Origin: the human T2T-CHM13v2.0 reference genome, Homo sapiens
DNA length: 64,000 bases
Assembly: GCF_009914755.1 (NCBI RefSeq)
Contig: NC_060928.1
Reading direction: 5' to 3' (one strand)
This document shows, piece after piece, positions 1 through 13,720 of this stretch; the first letter of the stretch is position 1; every line of letters starts with the position of its first letter. The notes below the pieces were generated by a model that worked only from the letters and a program-made list of their open reading frames with translations, did not search any database and was not told where the DNA came from. Both the position numbers and the translations under genes were made by a program.

Positions 1-343
1 GGACCATAAATGTTAATTCAATAGTAATATATTAGTAATTAAAATGCTATCATATTTTAAGTCTGAGGATGGGATTAAACTTTATAAAGCCACCTGATAC
101 AGTATTGCTTATGATTTATTAGGCTGGAGGGTGGAAGTTTTGGGGGCTTCTATTTGGTCCTTCCTGCTATAGTGATTCTTTTAGGGTCAACATATCAAGT
201 GAGGTTTTGATAACTGCCAAGTGTATTCATTCCAGTTATACATTAGGGGACGTTTGATTCACTCAGACCCATTGGACCTACTTGCTTAACTGTAGTAAGA
301 TAGAATACTTGGGCTACTATGTATGTCATTTATCTACTCGATT
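1..343 (-). mobile_element. Degraded ERVL-type internal sequence (pro/early pol region)
   Basis: The reverse complement has blocks collinear with HERV-L pro/pol as I recall it: gtaggtccaatgggtct, aatgtataactggaatgaatacacttggcag, ggaaggaccaaatagaagccc, taaatcataagcaatactgtatc. No intact ORF. Confidence 0.55.
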
Positions 344-355
344 CCATCAAACCTC

Positions 356-653
<298 letters not shown>

Positions 654-726
654 TCATCAAACCCCATTCTAACCAGGGTGCTACTATGGATTTTGGGAGG
701 CGTGGGGAAGGAAAGAGGTCCTATAA

Positions 727-1413
727 TGTATTGGCTTTCTATTTCTGTGACACAGATTTTCACAAACTTAGTGACATAAAACATTATAAGCATTATCTTA
801 CTATTCTGTAGGTCAGAAGCCTGCACATGGCATGATTAGGTTTTCTGTTGAGGGTTTCACAAGGCTGAGGTCAAGGCATCAGTTGGATTGTGTTCCCATC
901 TAAGGCTGGAGGCAACTATTGGTCCTATCAGTTTGCTCTTTCTTCCAAGCTCACTTGTAATTAGCAGAATCCATTTTCTAGCAGCTGTATCACTGAGATC
1001 TGTTTTCTTTTATTGCTGTTAGAAGGAGACCATGCTCCATTCCTAGGAGACAATCTCAAGTCCTAGCTGCATGACTCCCTTTAAGGACTCTTTCACAATA
1101 TGCACCTATTTCTTCCAAGCCAGCAGTAGAATTTCTATCATGCTTCCAATTTCCTTTTTTAAGAAAGGTCCAGACCTTTTTTAGGGCCTACCTGATTAGG
1201 CTAGGCCTACTCTGGATAATTATCCTTAAGATTGATTTAGGAATCTTGGTCATAGCTACACAATTTCTTTAACTTGTCACATGAGATAACCCAACTGTGC
1301 AAGCAAAATCCATACGCCCAGTCCCAACCACTCTCATGAGGAAGGATTACAGATTATGTCTACGATGGGGCAACAATCTTGAAAGCCTTCCTATAATTTT
1401 TTCGCCTACCACA
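727..1413 (-). mobile_element. MaLR solo LTR (MLT1E-like)
   Basis: Starts tgtattggctttctatttctgtgacacagattttcacaaacttagtg and ends gcctaccaca, matching MLT1 termini. Confidence 0.75.
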
Positions 1414-1764
1414 CCCAATATTGTTACCAGCTCAGACACTGTATTATGCAGCCTTATGAAAAGTTTGTGTATTTCCCTTATAAGAGACTACAATAACTCA
1501 GATAAATGGCTGCAGGTCCCATTGGAGAAAGACTCACTACTCACATTACAAAGACCAGTTTATTGGTGCTATCGTCTACTGAGCAATATAGGAAAGTCAT
1601 AAATATTTTGGTGATACCGCTCTTTTTGCCAGTGCTGTATTGTGCAACTAACGGAATGGAAATGATTTTGAGGATGATTAAAACTAACAGCATAGCAAGA
1701 AACTTGTCATTGGTGTTTCTAATTTCTATATGCAATTATAGAATGGTAGATGACACTTCTTGCT

Positions 1765-1890
1765 GTGGTCTGAAAACAAGAAGTCAAGGTACATACATGC
1801 AAATACTCCTGTACATGTTATACCTTTAGCTGTGTAACAATGAGCAAGTTATATTTCCTCCTAAGTACAATTTATCTTCAAAATGAAGTG
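1765..1890 (+). mobile_element. MIR fragment
   Basis: Core-like ttagctgtgtaacaatgagcaagtta...tttatcttcaaaatgaag. Confidence 0.55.
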
Positions 1891-2748
1891 TCTTTCGGAT
1901 GTTAATCTTCAATGATTCCAACACACGTGGTGTTTTCTCTTAACTTCTTGGCACCCGATATGTTCCTACTCCGTAACTCCCCATTTATTTGAAGATAGAC
2001 AAGTGTTTTCTACTTGAGCCACAGAGTTTGACTTATAGTTATAGAATTATACCCCATTAAGTCAATTGGGCAGGAATTTCTATTAAAGCAAGGTAATTTT
2101 CTGATGTTTTTTCTGCAGGTCTAGAAAATAGATATTCAGCTACAATGTATAATAACGACAATGGACTTAATTATAGCTGACATGGTTGTAAAGAACAGAG
2201 AGAAAGCTCTAACCATTCTAGATGCTCATGGACTTTATATCTCAAGTCTGTGGATTCTGGCTTAGTGAGCTATTTGGGATAGGTAAGCAAAACAGTATGC
2301 TTTTGAAAGGCAAATTTTCCCAGAACAAAATTTTATCTGACAATGCAATTATCTAGAGACTTAGTTGACTGCAGACATATTGACATTATATGTCCACATT
2401 TAGAGATGTACGAAGCCTTGTGAAATCACCTTTAACTGTGTCATCATTTATGCCCTGGGAAGTCAGCTATTAATAAGGTAAATGCTGCATCTCAAAATGG
2501 AGATTCTCAGTTGTGTAGCTGTGGCTAGTTACTCAGGTGGGTCTCAGAACAGACTTAATGAAACCAAGATTTCAGATCATTTTGTTCTGCTCAGTTCCAT
2601 GACTAAAGTCTGCCCTTATTAGGTGCAACCCAGGAGATCATGGGTTATTCTGTGAAAATTCATCACGATTACAAGTGGGGGAAATAAAACAAAAGAGAAA
2701 AATTCCTGTTTCCAACGGTTAATGGGGTCATCTCCATCAATAAAAGTA

Positions 2749-4017
2749 TGCATTCGGGCTCTCTAGAGAAACAGAACAATAGAAGACAAATACAGTTTTG
2801 AGAGGGGATTTATATGGGGAACTGGCTCACATTACTATGGAGGCTGAGAAGTCACAATAGGCTGTCTGCAAGCTGGAGAATCAGGAAAGCCAGTAGCATG
2901 GCCCAGTCCAAGTCTTACTGAACTTATGTAGTGATCTTATTTTACTGCTTCTCCAGGATAATATGTCCTTCATACCACATACTGTATGCGGAGTATTTAT
3001 TATTACTTGAGTACACTTCCTTGGAAAGGACATCAGGGGTTTCATAAAGGCCTCAGAACCAGGGGTCCTAACAGTGTAACTCTCAATTTGAGGTCAAAGT
3101 CCTGATGTATTAGGGTTCTCCAGAGGGACAGAACTGATAGGATATATGTATATATGAAAGGGAAGTTTTTTTGGGGGGAGAATTGGCTCACGCGATTACA
3201 AGGCGAAGTCCGACAATAGGCCATCTGCAAGCTGTGGAAGAGAGAAGCTGGTCATTGCTCAGTCTAAATTTGAAAGCCTCGAACCCAGGGAAGCTGAAAG
3301 AGCAGGCTTCAGTCTGTGGCCGAAGGCCCCAGAGCCCCCGGGAAGCCACTGGTACAAGTCCTAGGGTCCAAAGGCTAAAGAACCTGGAGTGTGATGTCTG
3401 AGGACAGGAGGCGTGAAAGCAAGCATCCAGCATGGAAGAAGAAAGAAGGCAGCCAGAAGCCTCAGCAAGCAATTGTCTTCACTTCCACCTGCTTTGTTCT
3501 TGCTGCGCTGGCAGCCAATCGAATAGTGCCCACCCACAATGGGGGTGGGTCTTCCTTTCCCAGTCAACCAACTCAGGTGTCAATCTCCTCTAGCAACACC
3601 CTCACAGATGCACCCAGAAACAATACCGGCCACCTAGGCATCACTCAATCCAATCAAGTTGACACCTAATATGAACCATCACACCTGAAAACCTGGGGGG
3701 GCCTCTGGTGCAAGTCCTGGTATCTGGAGGTTGCAGTGCCTGAGCTCCTGATGTCTAAGGGCAGGAGAATATGGGCATTCCAGCTCCAGAAGAAGAAATG
3801 TACCTTTCCTCTGTCATTTTGTTCTGTCCAGGCCCTTCGCCGATTGGATGGTGCCTACCCACATGGGGTGAGGGCGGATCTGTCTTACTTAGTTCACTGA
3901 TTCAAATGCCAATCCTATCTGGAAACACCCTCACAGAGGTACCCAGACATAATGTTTTACCAGCTGTCTCAGTATGCCTTAATCCTGTCAAGTTGATACC
4001 TAAAATTAACCATCAGA
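2749..4017 (-). mobile_element. Older MLT2 (ERVL) LTR, interrupted twice
   Basis: Opens ctctagagaaacagaacaatag...ggaactggctcac...ctgcaagctggagaatcaggaaagcc, resumes after 3688 and ends caagttgatacctaaaattaaccatca. Confidence 0.85.
3106..3683 (-). mobile_element. MLT2B-like solo LTR nested in the older MLT2
   Basis: TG...CA termini (tgtattagggttctccagagg...aaccatcaca) and a perfect 5-bp TSD cctga at 3101-3105 and 3684-3688. Confidence 0.9.
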
Positions 4018-5129
4018 GTATACAATATTTTTTTACATTTTTGATAATTGGAATCTTAAATACTATTTGTTTTCAAGTTGTATACTACATACTGTAACAT
4101 AAGTCATCTTTCAAATGAAATACTTTCTGTAAATCTTACTGCTTTATGCATCTGTATGTTAAACTGTGTAATACATTTATTATCTCATAAAATTTATTCA
4201 CTGCATGGTTCATTTTTTTAATTTATGCAATCTTGTGTTGTCACCAAACTTAAGTAGTTTTAATTGATAATTTCACAAAGTAGCTATGAAGTGCAATAAG
4301 GATGTTGGAGATACCTGAGTTTGTTTTTTCTTCCCCTTTTCTGCTGTTCCTTTTAATTAAAGATCCATAGTAATTTTTTTTCCAAACTAAGCCCCCTGGC
4401 TTGATAATTCACATTTTTGCATAAAATTGTATGTTTTTTGCTTTTTCTTGAAATATGTGTACATTACACATAAGTTTTATTGGCTTACAATATCAAAATC
4501 GGAGTATAGAGCTATGTTGAGTCTCCTAACTTATGCTGTTAAAAAGTACAGTGCCGTTTTGCAACGTCGAGTCCCGGCCTTTCTGCTTCCTATGGGTTGG
4601 TAGCTTTATATATTATTTAGATTCATTTTTCAACATTGATATTGCATTGGGCACCTTCCAGTCTTTGCTGATTTCGCCTGCAGTGTTCTGTTAAGTATTT
4701 TTGCTAAGAGTTGTTCAGTCTGTGTTCTGGTTTCTCTTAAATTCTGAAAATTCCAAAATGATATTCTACTGAACCAAGGTGATTACATGCTTTGAATGGA
4801 TCTAGTGACATATTTGTTTGTCAATTTACGGTACAAAGAGAAAATTTAAACTAAATTTTTTTCCCCGATGTATGAGATTTTAGGAAATGCACCTTTTCAG
4901 ATTTCTCAATTGACAGTTACAAACAATCAGAATGTTGAAGAATTATAACCACAGTCATCATCTGCGGTTGTTCCCCCTTGCTGCCTTGAGGAATACCCTG
5001 CATTTGTACATGTTTCTCCTCACCTCAAAGTTGGAAGTGTGTGAATGTTTTATCACAAACTGAGGTGATGAAGCCGAGTTCTGGTGAGGAAGCTTGTATA
5101 TCATAAAGAATACAAAACTGGAAATAATA

Positions 5130-5325
5130 TAGTACTGGGTTTAATCTGGACTGGGCTATTTTACAACAGCTGACATTGACAATTTAACTTCTTCTAGGTT
5201 TATTCTTCTTATTGATAAAATAGGCTAATATCTACCCTAATGGCTTTTGGAGGATGAAAGGAGACATTTTTTGCACCTAGTGGATCTTACACTGCCTACC
5301 ACATGGTAGGTATTCTTAAAATGGT
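5130..5325 (+). mobile_element. MIR
   Basis: ctgggtttaatctgg...aaaataggctaatatctaccc...tgcctaccacatggtaggtattct. Confidence 0.6.
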
Positions 5326-8300
5326 TGTTTTCCCTCTCTATCCAACACAGTCAACTCATGGAAGAGTTGCTCACTAATATTACCATGAACTCATTCTGGT
5401 AGAGATTGTGCCAAATGTACTTGTAAGCTAGTGTAGCAGTCTAAGGAGCCTGCTTCCAGCTTTTATATTGATAACATTTCTTGCTATCAACTTTCTTTGG
5501 TTCTGAAATGTGAGCCTAAGCCTCAATTCTATGTACCTATGTAGGCTTCAGTTCATTTTTTCCAGCTTAACTGGACACATGAGTTTTTCTTAGATTTAGA
5601 CTGACCCAGGAAACTGCCTTGAATGACCATATACTATCCAGAGGTGAGACTGTGTGGGCAGGATGTCCACGTATCCCTGTTTCCAAGTTTATTTGAAATG
5701 ATAGTGCTCCACTGGGAGAGTTCATAACGTTTCCTACCTTTATACTCTAGACATCTTCTTCACAGACACTACACATGTGCGGGGGTGTGCAGGTTGCACC
5801 GTCAATGAGAGTTTATGTAAAACACTTAAGAGACTTCAGTGTACTGGGCAGCTCAGCTGATTAGAGTTATGTTATGATCAAAGACAGTTCCTTGTTCTCA
5901 GTGTAGGAGGGGCTTAAAAACAATAGCCCTTCCTACCAAACCTGGTTGGAAACAAGAGCTTGTTTTGAAGCTGTGTTTGCATACTCATCTCTTTGACATT
6001 TAGGTTCTATATTTGCATAGTCTGAGGAATATGAAGTTAGAACTTCCTATTATCAAATCACCTCTTGGAGTGACTACTTAACAGTTTGCTCTACATTGTG
6101 CAAGTTTAGTTCTTATAGAGGAGCAGTGGAGGCATTCTTATTCACCTAGATCTTATTTAGTGGATCAAAGCCAACTGATTTATGCGGAGCTAGACAGACA
6201 CAGAACCTTGAAAGCTGTTGCTGTTGCTTACTCTTAGCTGTTTGATGGTAATTAATATGACTGTCATTGCATATCATGTTGTCTTTGAATTCTGCCACTT
6301 TAATCTTTAAAATTATTTTTAGCTTTACTGGGTGTTTTTTTTGTGTGTGTGTGCTTCACATTGTTTTCTTTGGTCTTACAGACACTTAACAAGGCACATA
6401 CTGCCTGTAATTAAACTGTGTGTTGTTTTTCATTTATGTATAGAAATTGATCTCTCCTACTTATCACTAACACATTTTATATGCACCTTCATTTTATTGT
6501 GCATATAAATCCACATCTGTGAATATATGCCACTCAACATCTATGGGAGGAATTATAGCTAAAATGTTTCTTATTTTCAGCAATGATTATAATTATTTCT
6601 TCTATCTTCTTCTGCCTTGCTGGCCATTTATTCTCTCTTTGTCTTTTAAAATTGTGTTCATTTACTTTTTTATGCCTGTAGAATTACATACTAAGGTGGA
6701 ATAGTACATAGTATTAGCTCTACTAGTATATCTCCAATCTCATTTCCACTTCTTAATGGACTCCAGTCAATGTCTTGGTACTAAAAGCCTGTCACTACTT
6801 TCACTCTGGCCTTTTTATACTTTTTCATTTGCTTGTTTTATGGTATAGTTGCTCTTTTTTGTCAAGTGGTTTATAATATATTCTTCCAAGTGCCAAAGTT
6901 TACAATCTAAAACATCTATAACTTCACTTCATAATGACTTTCTACTACTATGTTTCTCATATATTACTTTTTGGAATAGCTAACAGAAATATGCATTTGA
7001 TATAATTTCTATTTTTTTTGCTAACCCAACAAATACTGAAACATGCCCCCTATCAATTTCCTTATTACCCCTAGAGCTATCTTATATAAAAAGTTAGTAT
7101 CTGGGAACAATGGCTGTAATGGAAATTTGAGGGATAAATCATTTTTAAAATCGTATTTTATAACAGTTTGACTTCTCCTTTCCCACCTACCAGACAGGGC
7201 ATCACTCACACTCCAGCACTGCTATGAGTGTCTGACATGGTGTGGTAGGATATGGACTGCTCTTTCATGCAAGTGTATGCTTTGATTTGGTAGCAGTGGG
7301 TTTACACTAAAAGCATCATGACAACTTTAGTGTGGACCAAGATGCGTTCTCCTTGCTAATTCTTTTAGAGCCAGTCTGTGACAGTCATCCCAGAGCAATC
7401 TGCCATGATTTGGGGTCATTCTTGTTTTGGAAGACCTCCAGAGAGTTTGTTAATTATGAGGTTTACATAGAGGTTAAGTTCATTCAGTGTCTGGGGTAGT
7501 TCAAGAAACAATGATTCATCCAGAATATATGTACTACATGTGCTGCTAAATCCTATGGCCATGCTTACGCTTTAACCAGTATATTTTTAAAAGATGATTA
7601 TTGCCACTACTGAAATGACTTCCATATAGTCAACTGAAATGACTTCTATACAGCTATCAAATATTTAATAGTGCATGGGAAGGAAATCTTTTTATTCATG
7701 GGTACTTGTTGAAGCTCTGTTCTTCAAGCTGCATGTTGACTTATCTGTTAAGTAAGCCTACTGTCACAAAGATGTCCCATGTCAGTGGGGTTTGTCCCTG
7801 ATTCCCACTTTATTTAGGGGCTATACATTGGACACATCCAGACCCTTGTTACCACTGCTTCATTTCAGCTCATCCTAAATTGCTTAGGTGTCCTGCAGTC
7901 ACCCCCTCCTCAGTCATTAACAGAATTAAGCTGCACAAAGCATGGCTTCATTGTCAGTGGATTGGATGTATTACAAAAGCTCATGGAGTTTTTTTTATTG
8001 TTTTCTGCCATTTAGTGATACATTTGGCTTTTAGGAAATACAGGTGAACCAATTCAAAAAGATTATTCAAATGCTATTGCTCAGTGTGTATACTACGATA
8101 AAGCTTTTTTAAATTAACCTCTGAAATAACAGCTTCAGCTTTACACAAAACTGTACACACATATTTAAGCGTAGGTAGTAAGAAGTTTCTGGATATCTTT
8201 TGATGGAAGATACTTAAGCTACCTTTGGATTATACCTAGGTTTACATACAGGGAATATATCCAAGCAGATTATGTTGTCTGAGCTTTTTCCAGCTCTGTT

Positions 8301-10252
8301 TTCATTGTTTACACAGTATATATAAAGAAGACAGAAGCAGGAAGCACAAACATCTTTTTATGGGCAGAGTTGTCTGCATGGCAAAGAGGCTTGGACTATA
8401 TCCCTTAGTAGTAGAGTGCCAAAACCATTTAAACCCTTGGATTTTTCCAATTCAAAATAATTTCTTCATGGAAAATAGACGACTAAGGAAAAGGAGGGAA
8501 AAAAGTAGTGAGAGGCAGAATATCTGATTTAAATATGTACAATATGAAAAATCAGGACTTTATAATGTAAATAATGTATTATACAAGTCAAATTAATTTT
8601 TTTCCATATTTCTGCATTTATGCCTCTAATGTGGATAAGTTTTTATCTTTTTAATCCAAATACATGTATTTGATTAAAATGCTCCAATGTGTATAATGCT
8701 CTGCTTTCCTTTTGGAGAATATACCTCTTTGCTTGCAAGTTATTAGTTGCAAACACCTGCTTAATTTTATTATGTCTTAAAATGGTGAATATTTCTATAA
8801 AATGTTGTTTTTGTTATAAAATTGTACATTAGTCAAAGTTTTGGTTTCTCTTAATTTAGTTTTGCATTTTAGGCTTGCCTTAATTACAGAGACGCAAAAC
8901 GACATGTTGGGTTTTTATAACTGAATTTTTCATTTTTCTTCTGGAACCAACATATTTTAGTAATTGCTAAATACTTTGTAAAACCATGAAAAAATTAAAT
9001 GCCTCACCTGCCCTAGACTCGTAAGAGTAAGAATAGTTGGCATAATGAAGAATTTTTAATACAGACTTTTTTATACTTGGGTTACTTCAGCTTTATTAGA
9101 AACACACTGCTATAAACTTAACAATTTTTGCAACACATTCAAGTAATTGCTTGACAGAATCATAGCTTGTCTTAACATGATACAAAAATGTGAAACATTA
9201 ATAACTATAGTCTCAATTTTGCTCCAATGCAAAACATTCTGTAAGCCTATTTAATCAGAGCAAGATCAACTTTCTTGTTCAAGATTTTAAACATTTATGT
9301 TGTCCTAATTTTACTGCCATATATTATGTAGCTAGGTTTGTGAGATAAATGTTGAAGGTAGAACACTACCACTGAAAGCTTCTTAAAAGCACAAATAAAA
9401 TTTTCTAATTATTCGAGGAAGGAGAAATGCTTGCAAGGCCCGCCATTTGCAGTCAGCCTCTTCCATTTGATTAGAATCAGTGAAATGGACACAAGCTCTT
9501 AATATGAAAAATATTTTCTCCTTTCTCCCATTCTGACACATGCGCGATCCCTTTTAAAATATAGTTGAACAGTGAACTAAACAGATACTTTAGAATAGCT
9601 GCATCAATTTCTCCATCTGTTCATTGTTGATTCAATGGAGCTGAGTAAATCAGAAGTGGGATTTAAGAATCATGAAAAGCACTCAGTCAGCAAGGACTTA
9701 CTGAGAACCTCCAATGTAAAGAATACTGAACCAGTCAACATACGGCTAAAAGAGAATTCAAAGGCAGACTCTGGTCTCAGACGTATACTTGATAGATGAT
9801 TCAGTATTTCAGAAAACATCTCTTCCTATAAAACATTATTTGGTCTCTCTCCCTCCTCTAAGTTGGGCTTCATAAAAATACATGAAAGATCTTCATGTCC
9901 TTTAGATAACATCAATATAGATGATTAACCACTTACGGACCCATAAGCGCTGTCAACTCACTCAAGTTTTCAATGATTCCATACTGCCTGTAATTATTAA
10001 ATGCAAATTCTTCTTTCCTATTTCAACTTACATAGACTATAAACTCAAATTTGCATTTCAATACAGTATCTCTTTAGTATTAAGTAACGTTATTACTACT
10101 ACTTATTGTGGGTAGTGTCTACTTATTCTGTGTCCACTTTATCCAAGCCTCTGACACAGGATGACAAGCATACAGGCAGTCTTCACTTAGTCACAGCTTT
10201 TAGTTAAGACAGTGCCATACTATCAGAACCATGTCTAAGCTTTGTACTTTGC

Positions 10253-11048
10253 ATTTTATTTTGAAATGATTTCAGACCTACGAGTTGCAACAATAGTATA
10301 AAGTTTCCATATATCCTTCACGTAGTTTATTGGTTTCAGTTTATATAGCCATAATACATTTATCAAAACTAGTAAATTAACACTGGTATGATATTGTTAA
10401 CTAAACCACCGATATTACTTGTATACTAGTGGTTCTTCTACTAATATGCTTTTTCTTTTCCAGAAAATTGCATACCATCCAGATCCAATGTGGGATATCC
10501 AGTCTGGGATACTATTTCGCATTTAGTTTTCATATCTTCTTAATCTCTCCCAATCTGTGAAAGCTTCTTGAGTGTCCCTTGTCTTTCATGATCTTAACAC
10601 TTCTGATGACTACTAATTAGATTTTTTTTTCAAATGTCCCTTCGTTTGTGTTTGTCTTACAATTAGATTGAGGTTACAGATTTTGTGGAAAAATACCATT
10701 GAGGTGTCATATCAGGGATGATACCAACATGACTGACTTTTGGCGATGTTGACCTTGACCATTTGGTTAAGAAAGTGTCTGCCAGGTTTCTCTAGTGTAA
10801 AGTGTCTATTTCTCTCTTTCTACACTTTAATCATTAGAAGAAAGTTACTGAGTACAGCCTACACTCGAGGAGTATGGTGGTAGTGGTTAAATATCATCTC
10901 TGGAAACAGGTGGTGACAATTTGTGGACTCTTGTTAAAATTATGATAGTAAATATTTCAGGAGTACAAATATCTCTAACTATTCATGACAAATTTTAGCA
11001 CTGCTCCATAGATCTTGCTTGTAGCTGTTATTACTGTGGTGTTCCTAG
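10253..11048 (-). mobile_element. Old L1 3' UTR (L1MC/L1MD-like), antisense segment
   Basis: ttttattttgaaatgatttcagacc...ccataatacatttatcaaaac...ttattactgtggtgttc. Confidence 0.75.
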
Positions 11049-11488
11049 AAATAGTGATGCCTCAGTAGCAATAAGAAAACAAGGTGTTGCTTTACAAATA
11101 GCATTCTACAATAAAAGAAAACGAGCTCACTGGAGAAATGGCTGATTCTAGGGCTGAGTCAGGAAATACACAAGATGAACCTGGAGCATCTTGCATTGCC
11201 AGAAGGTAAATAAATGCTATAAAAACAAAATAACAACAAAAACAACAGGAGCTTGTCAAAAGGACACAGAAACAAGCCCCCAAAATCTGTCAGTAGCCAA
11301 AGCTAGAAAAATACAATGACCAAAGTAAATAGTGACAGTATTGGATTATAATGTCAAGAGTAAAATAACTGAGTCTATACTACCATTCTGATAAAACTAA
11401 ATGACTGAATAAATGCAGAAGAGAAAAATATTGCTTATGGAATTCCAGTTATTAAAAGTAGAAACAGTGAGGGAAATAGGAAAATCAC
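11046..11488 (+). mobile_element. Old L1 3' UTR (L1MC/L1MD-like), sense segment
   Basis: ggagaaatggctgattctagggctg...caagatgaacctggagcatcttg...gggaaataggaaaatcac. Confidence 0.75.
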
Positions 11489-13494
11489 TGAGTCACAAAT
11501 GAATTCTAGTATCCGATTTTATATCTGTCAAAAGTGTATTTCACATAATTTTATCAAATATATAAACCACTTTGCATCCTACTCTTTTACTTAGCAATTA
11601 ATCCAAATATCTTATGCCATATATCTTATAATAAAATTAACATTGTAGAAAATTTGGAAAATGAACAGAATTAAGAAAAATACATGCAGTCAGGCCAAAA
11701 ATGAATAAGGCTCTTTGGATTTTAGTATATTTATTCAGTTTTTAATTTGCATTTTTACACTGTTAGCATTTGTATATTTATACATATTTTGTAGAAATTT
11801 TGAATAATACTGCAGATGCTGTCATTTAGCAATTTCATGAACTTTTTTCTAAGTAGTATTAAGTATTTTTTAAAATACTAAATTACTGGGTCCTCTTATG
11901 TAGACTATCCATATACATATCTAAAAGTCTCCCTTAGACATTATATATAGAATGCTATAATAAATACACATATATAAATCTTTGCCTACATGTTATTTTG
12001 GCTAAAGGTAAGTTCTTAGCAAGATGAAGAGGTCAAATAATAGAAACACTTAAAGCTCTTGGGCACATAAACATGGCTTCTCAATACTATCATGAAACTA
12101 ATACAATTTAATTAACTACTCTATTATTTTGGGCATTTAAGTAAATTCCCTGCATTTTACACTATCAGCGATGGTATCTGCATCTTTACCTGAATTATTG
12201 ACTGTGAATTATCAACTCTTTTAAGCTGCTAATACATATTGATAAATTGGCTTCCAAAATAGATTGCACCAGGGCAAATTCCCACCATCAATAATTGTTT
12301 TTGTCTCATATACCCTTGAAATGTTAACTATAATCATTTTGTTTAAATCCTTGCTAATTTTACATATGATCAAGGTATTTAACTGCTTTTCTTTGATTAC
12401 TTAGTGAGAGAGATTGAACATACAACATTAAAAATGGACCTGTTCTTTGAAAATGTTATATTACATGAATATGGATATAAATTTATCTTTCACGTAATTT
12501 AGCCCATATTTCTAATAGTCAATTAGTCATCACTAGATACTTCTATTAATTCAACATAACTTCAAAATGGACTCTTATTCATAAAAATTTTTAATATAAA
12601 TATATATTTTTTGATGGCAGGCAGTCAGAACCTAGCAAATAAAACTACTTTGAAAAGGACTGTGAAAATTAACCTGAAAAAATAGCCTATATGATATTTT
12701 TAAAAAATATGTTTTTATATTTATACTCATTTTAGTTCTTTTAATTTTATGGAGTTCAAATTACCATGTAAATATTATTAAAACATCCAGATTAGTTATT
12801 TTACATTCTTTTAAGATATAATAAAAATTTGAAATAATTTCTAGTAATTATAACATTTTGCAGTCCCAACAGGGAAAGTCATCACAATTTCAATGAGATG
12901 CTCTAGAGTAGCTTTTAAAATATAAACTATGTGTATATCAGTAACCTGTTAGTAGGTTATGAGTATGTAACTTGGAATGCCATTAATATAATATTTTGAT
13001 CATTAACCTGTTGAAATTAAGCTAGTAGGTCTCTATAATTTAATGAAATAATACATACTTGGATATGTTCCGCTGTGTTGTCTGCCAAGGAAAAAAAAAG
13101 ACACATTAAAATCTTTATGATTGAAACACCTAAAGAGGCCAGAAGGGACTTTAAGTTCTCTCACAGAAGTGCAAGAAGATACAAAAATGAAGGTGGAATG
13201 TACATTTCATTAGGTTAATGTCTCTTATCAGCAAAAGTAGAAAAGCCATCCATCTGTTGAACTAGAAAACATGTTTGCCAAGCACTTTATTCCTTTTAAC
13301 TTTAATTCTTTTGTATTTTAAGAAAAATGAAGTCTATACATTTGCTATTATTACTTTTAGATTCTACTAAAGTTAAGCAACTTTATTCAACTTCATTGAA
13401 TTTCCTCTCAATCTCTTTTTAATTAGTATTACTACTTAGGTATAAAAAGGTAGAAATAGAACTTGATTGGTTATATGGATATTCTTTTTATTTT

Positions 13495-13720
13495 TTCATT
13501 GATTCATTTCTTCATTTGAAAAACTGAAGTGGCAGATTCTGTCAGGGACTGCATTGAATCCTTGTACAAATCTGAAGATAAGTCATGGTGCTTGCCATCA
13601 AGTTGTTCTCACTGCAGTGGCAGGAAGAATTAAGGTGACCACAGCCTTGAGAAGTGCTTTAAGAAAACAAATCCATGAGGGGGATTATCTATGTCCTTGA
13701 TGAAATATGAGTAAGAGGAT
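13495..13720 (-). mobile_element. L2 3' fragment
   Basis: ttcattgattcatttcttcatt start, followed by gtcatggtgcttgccatcaag. Confidence 0.45.
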
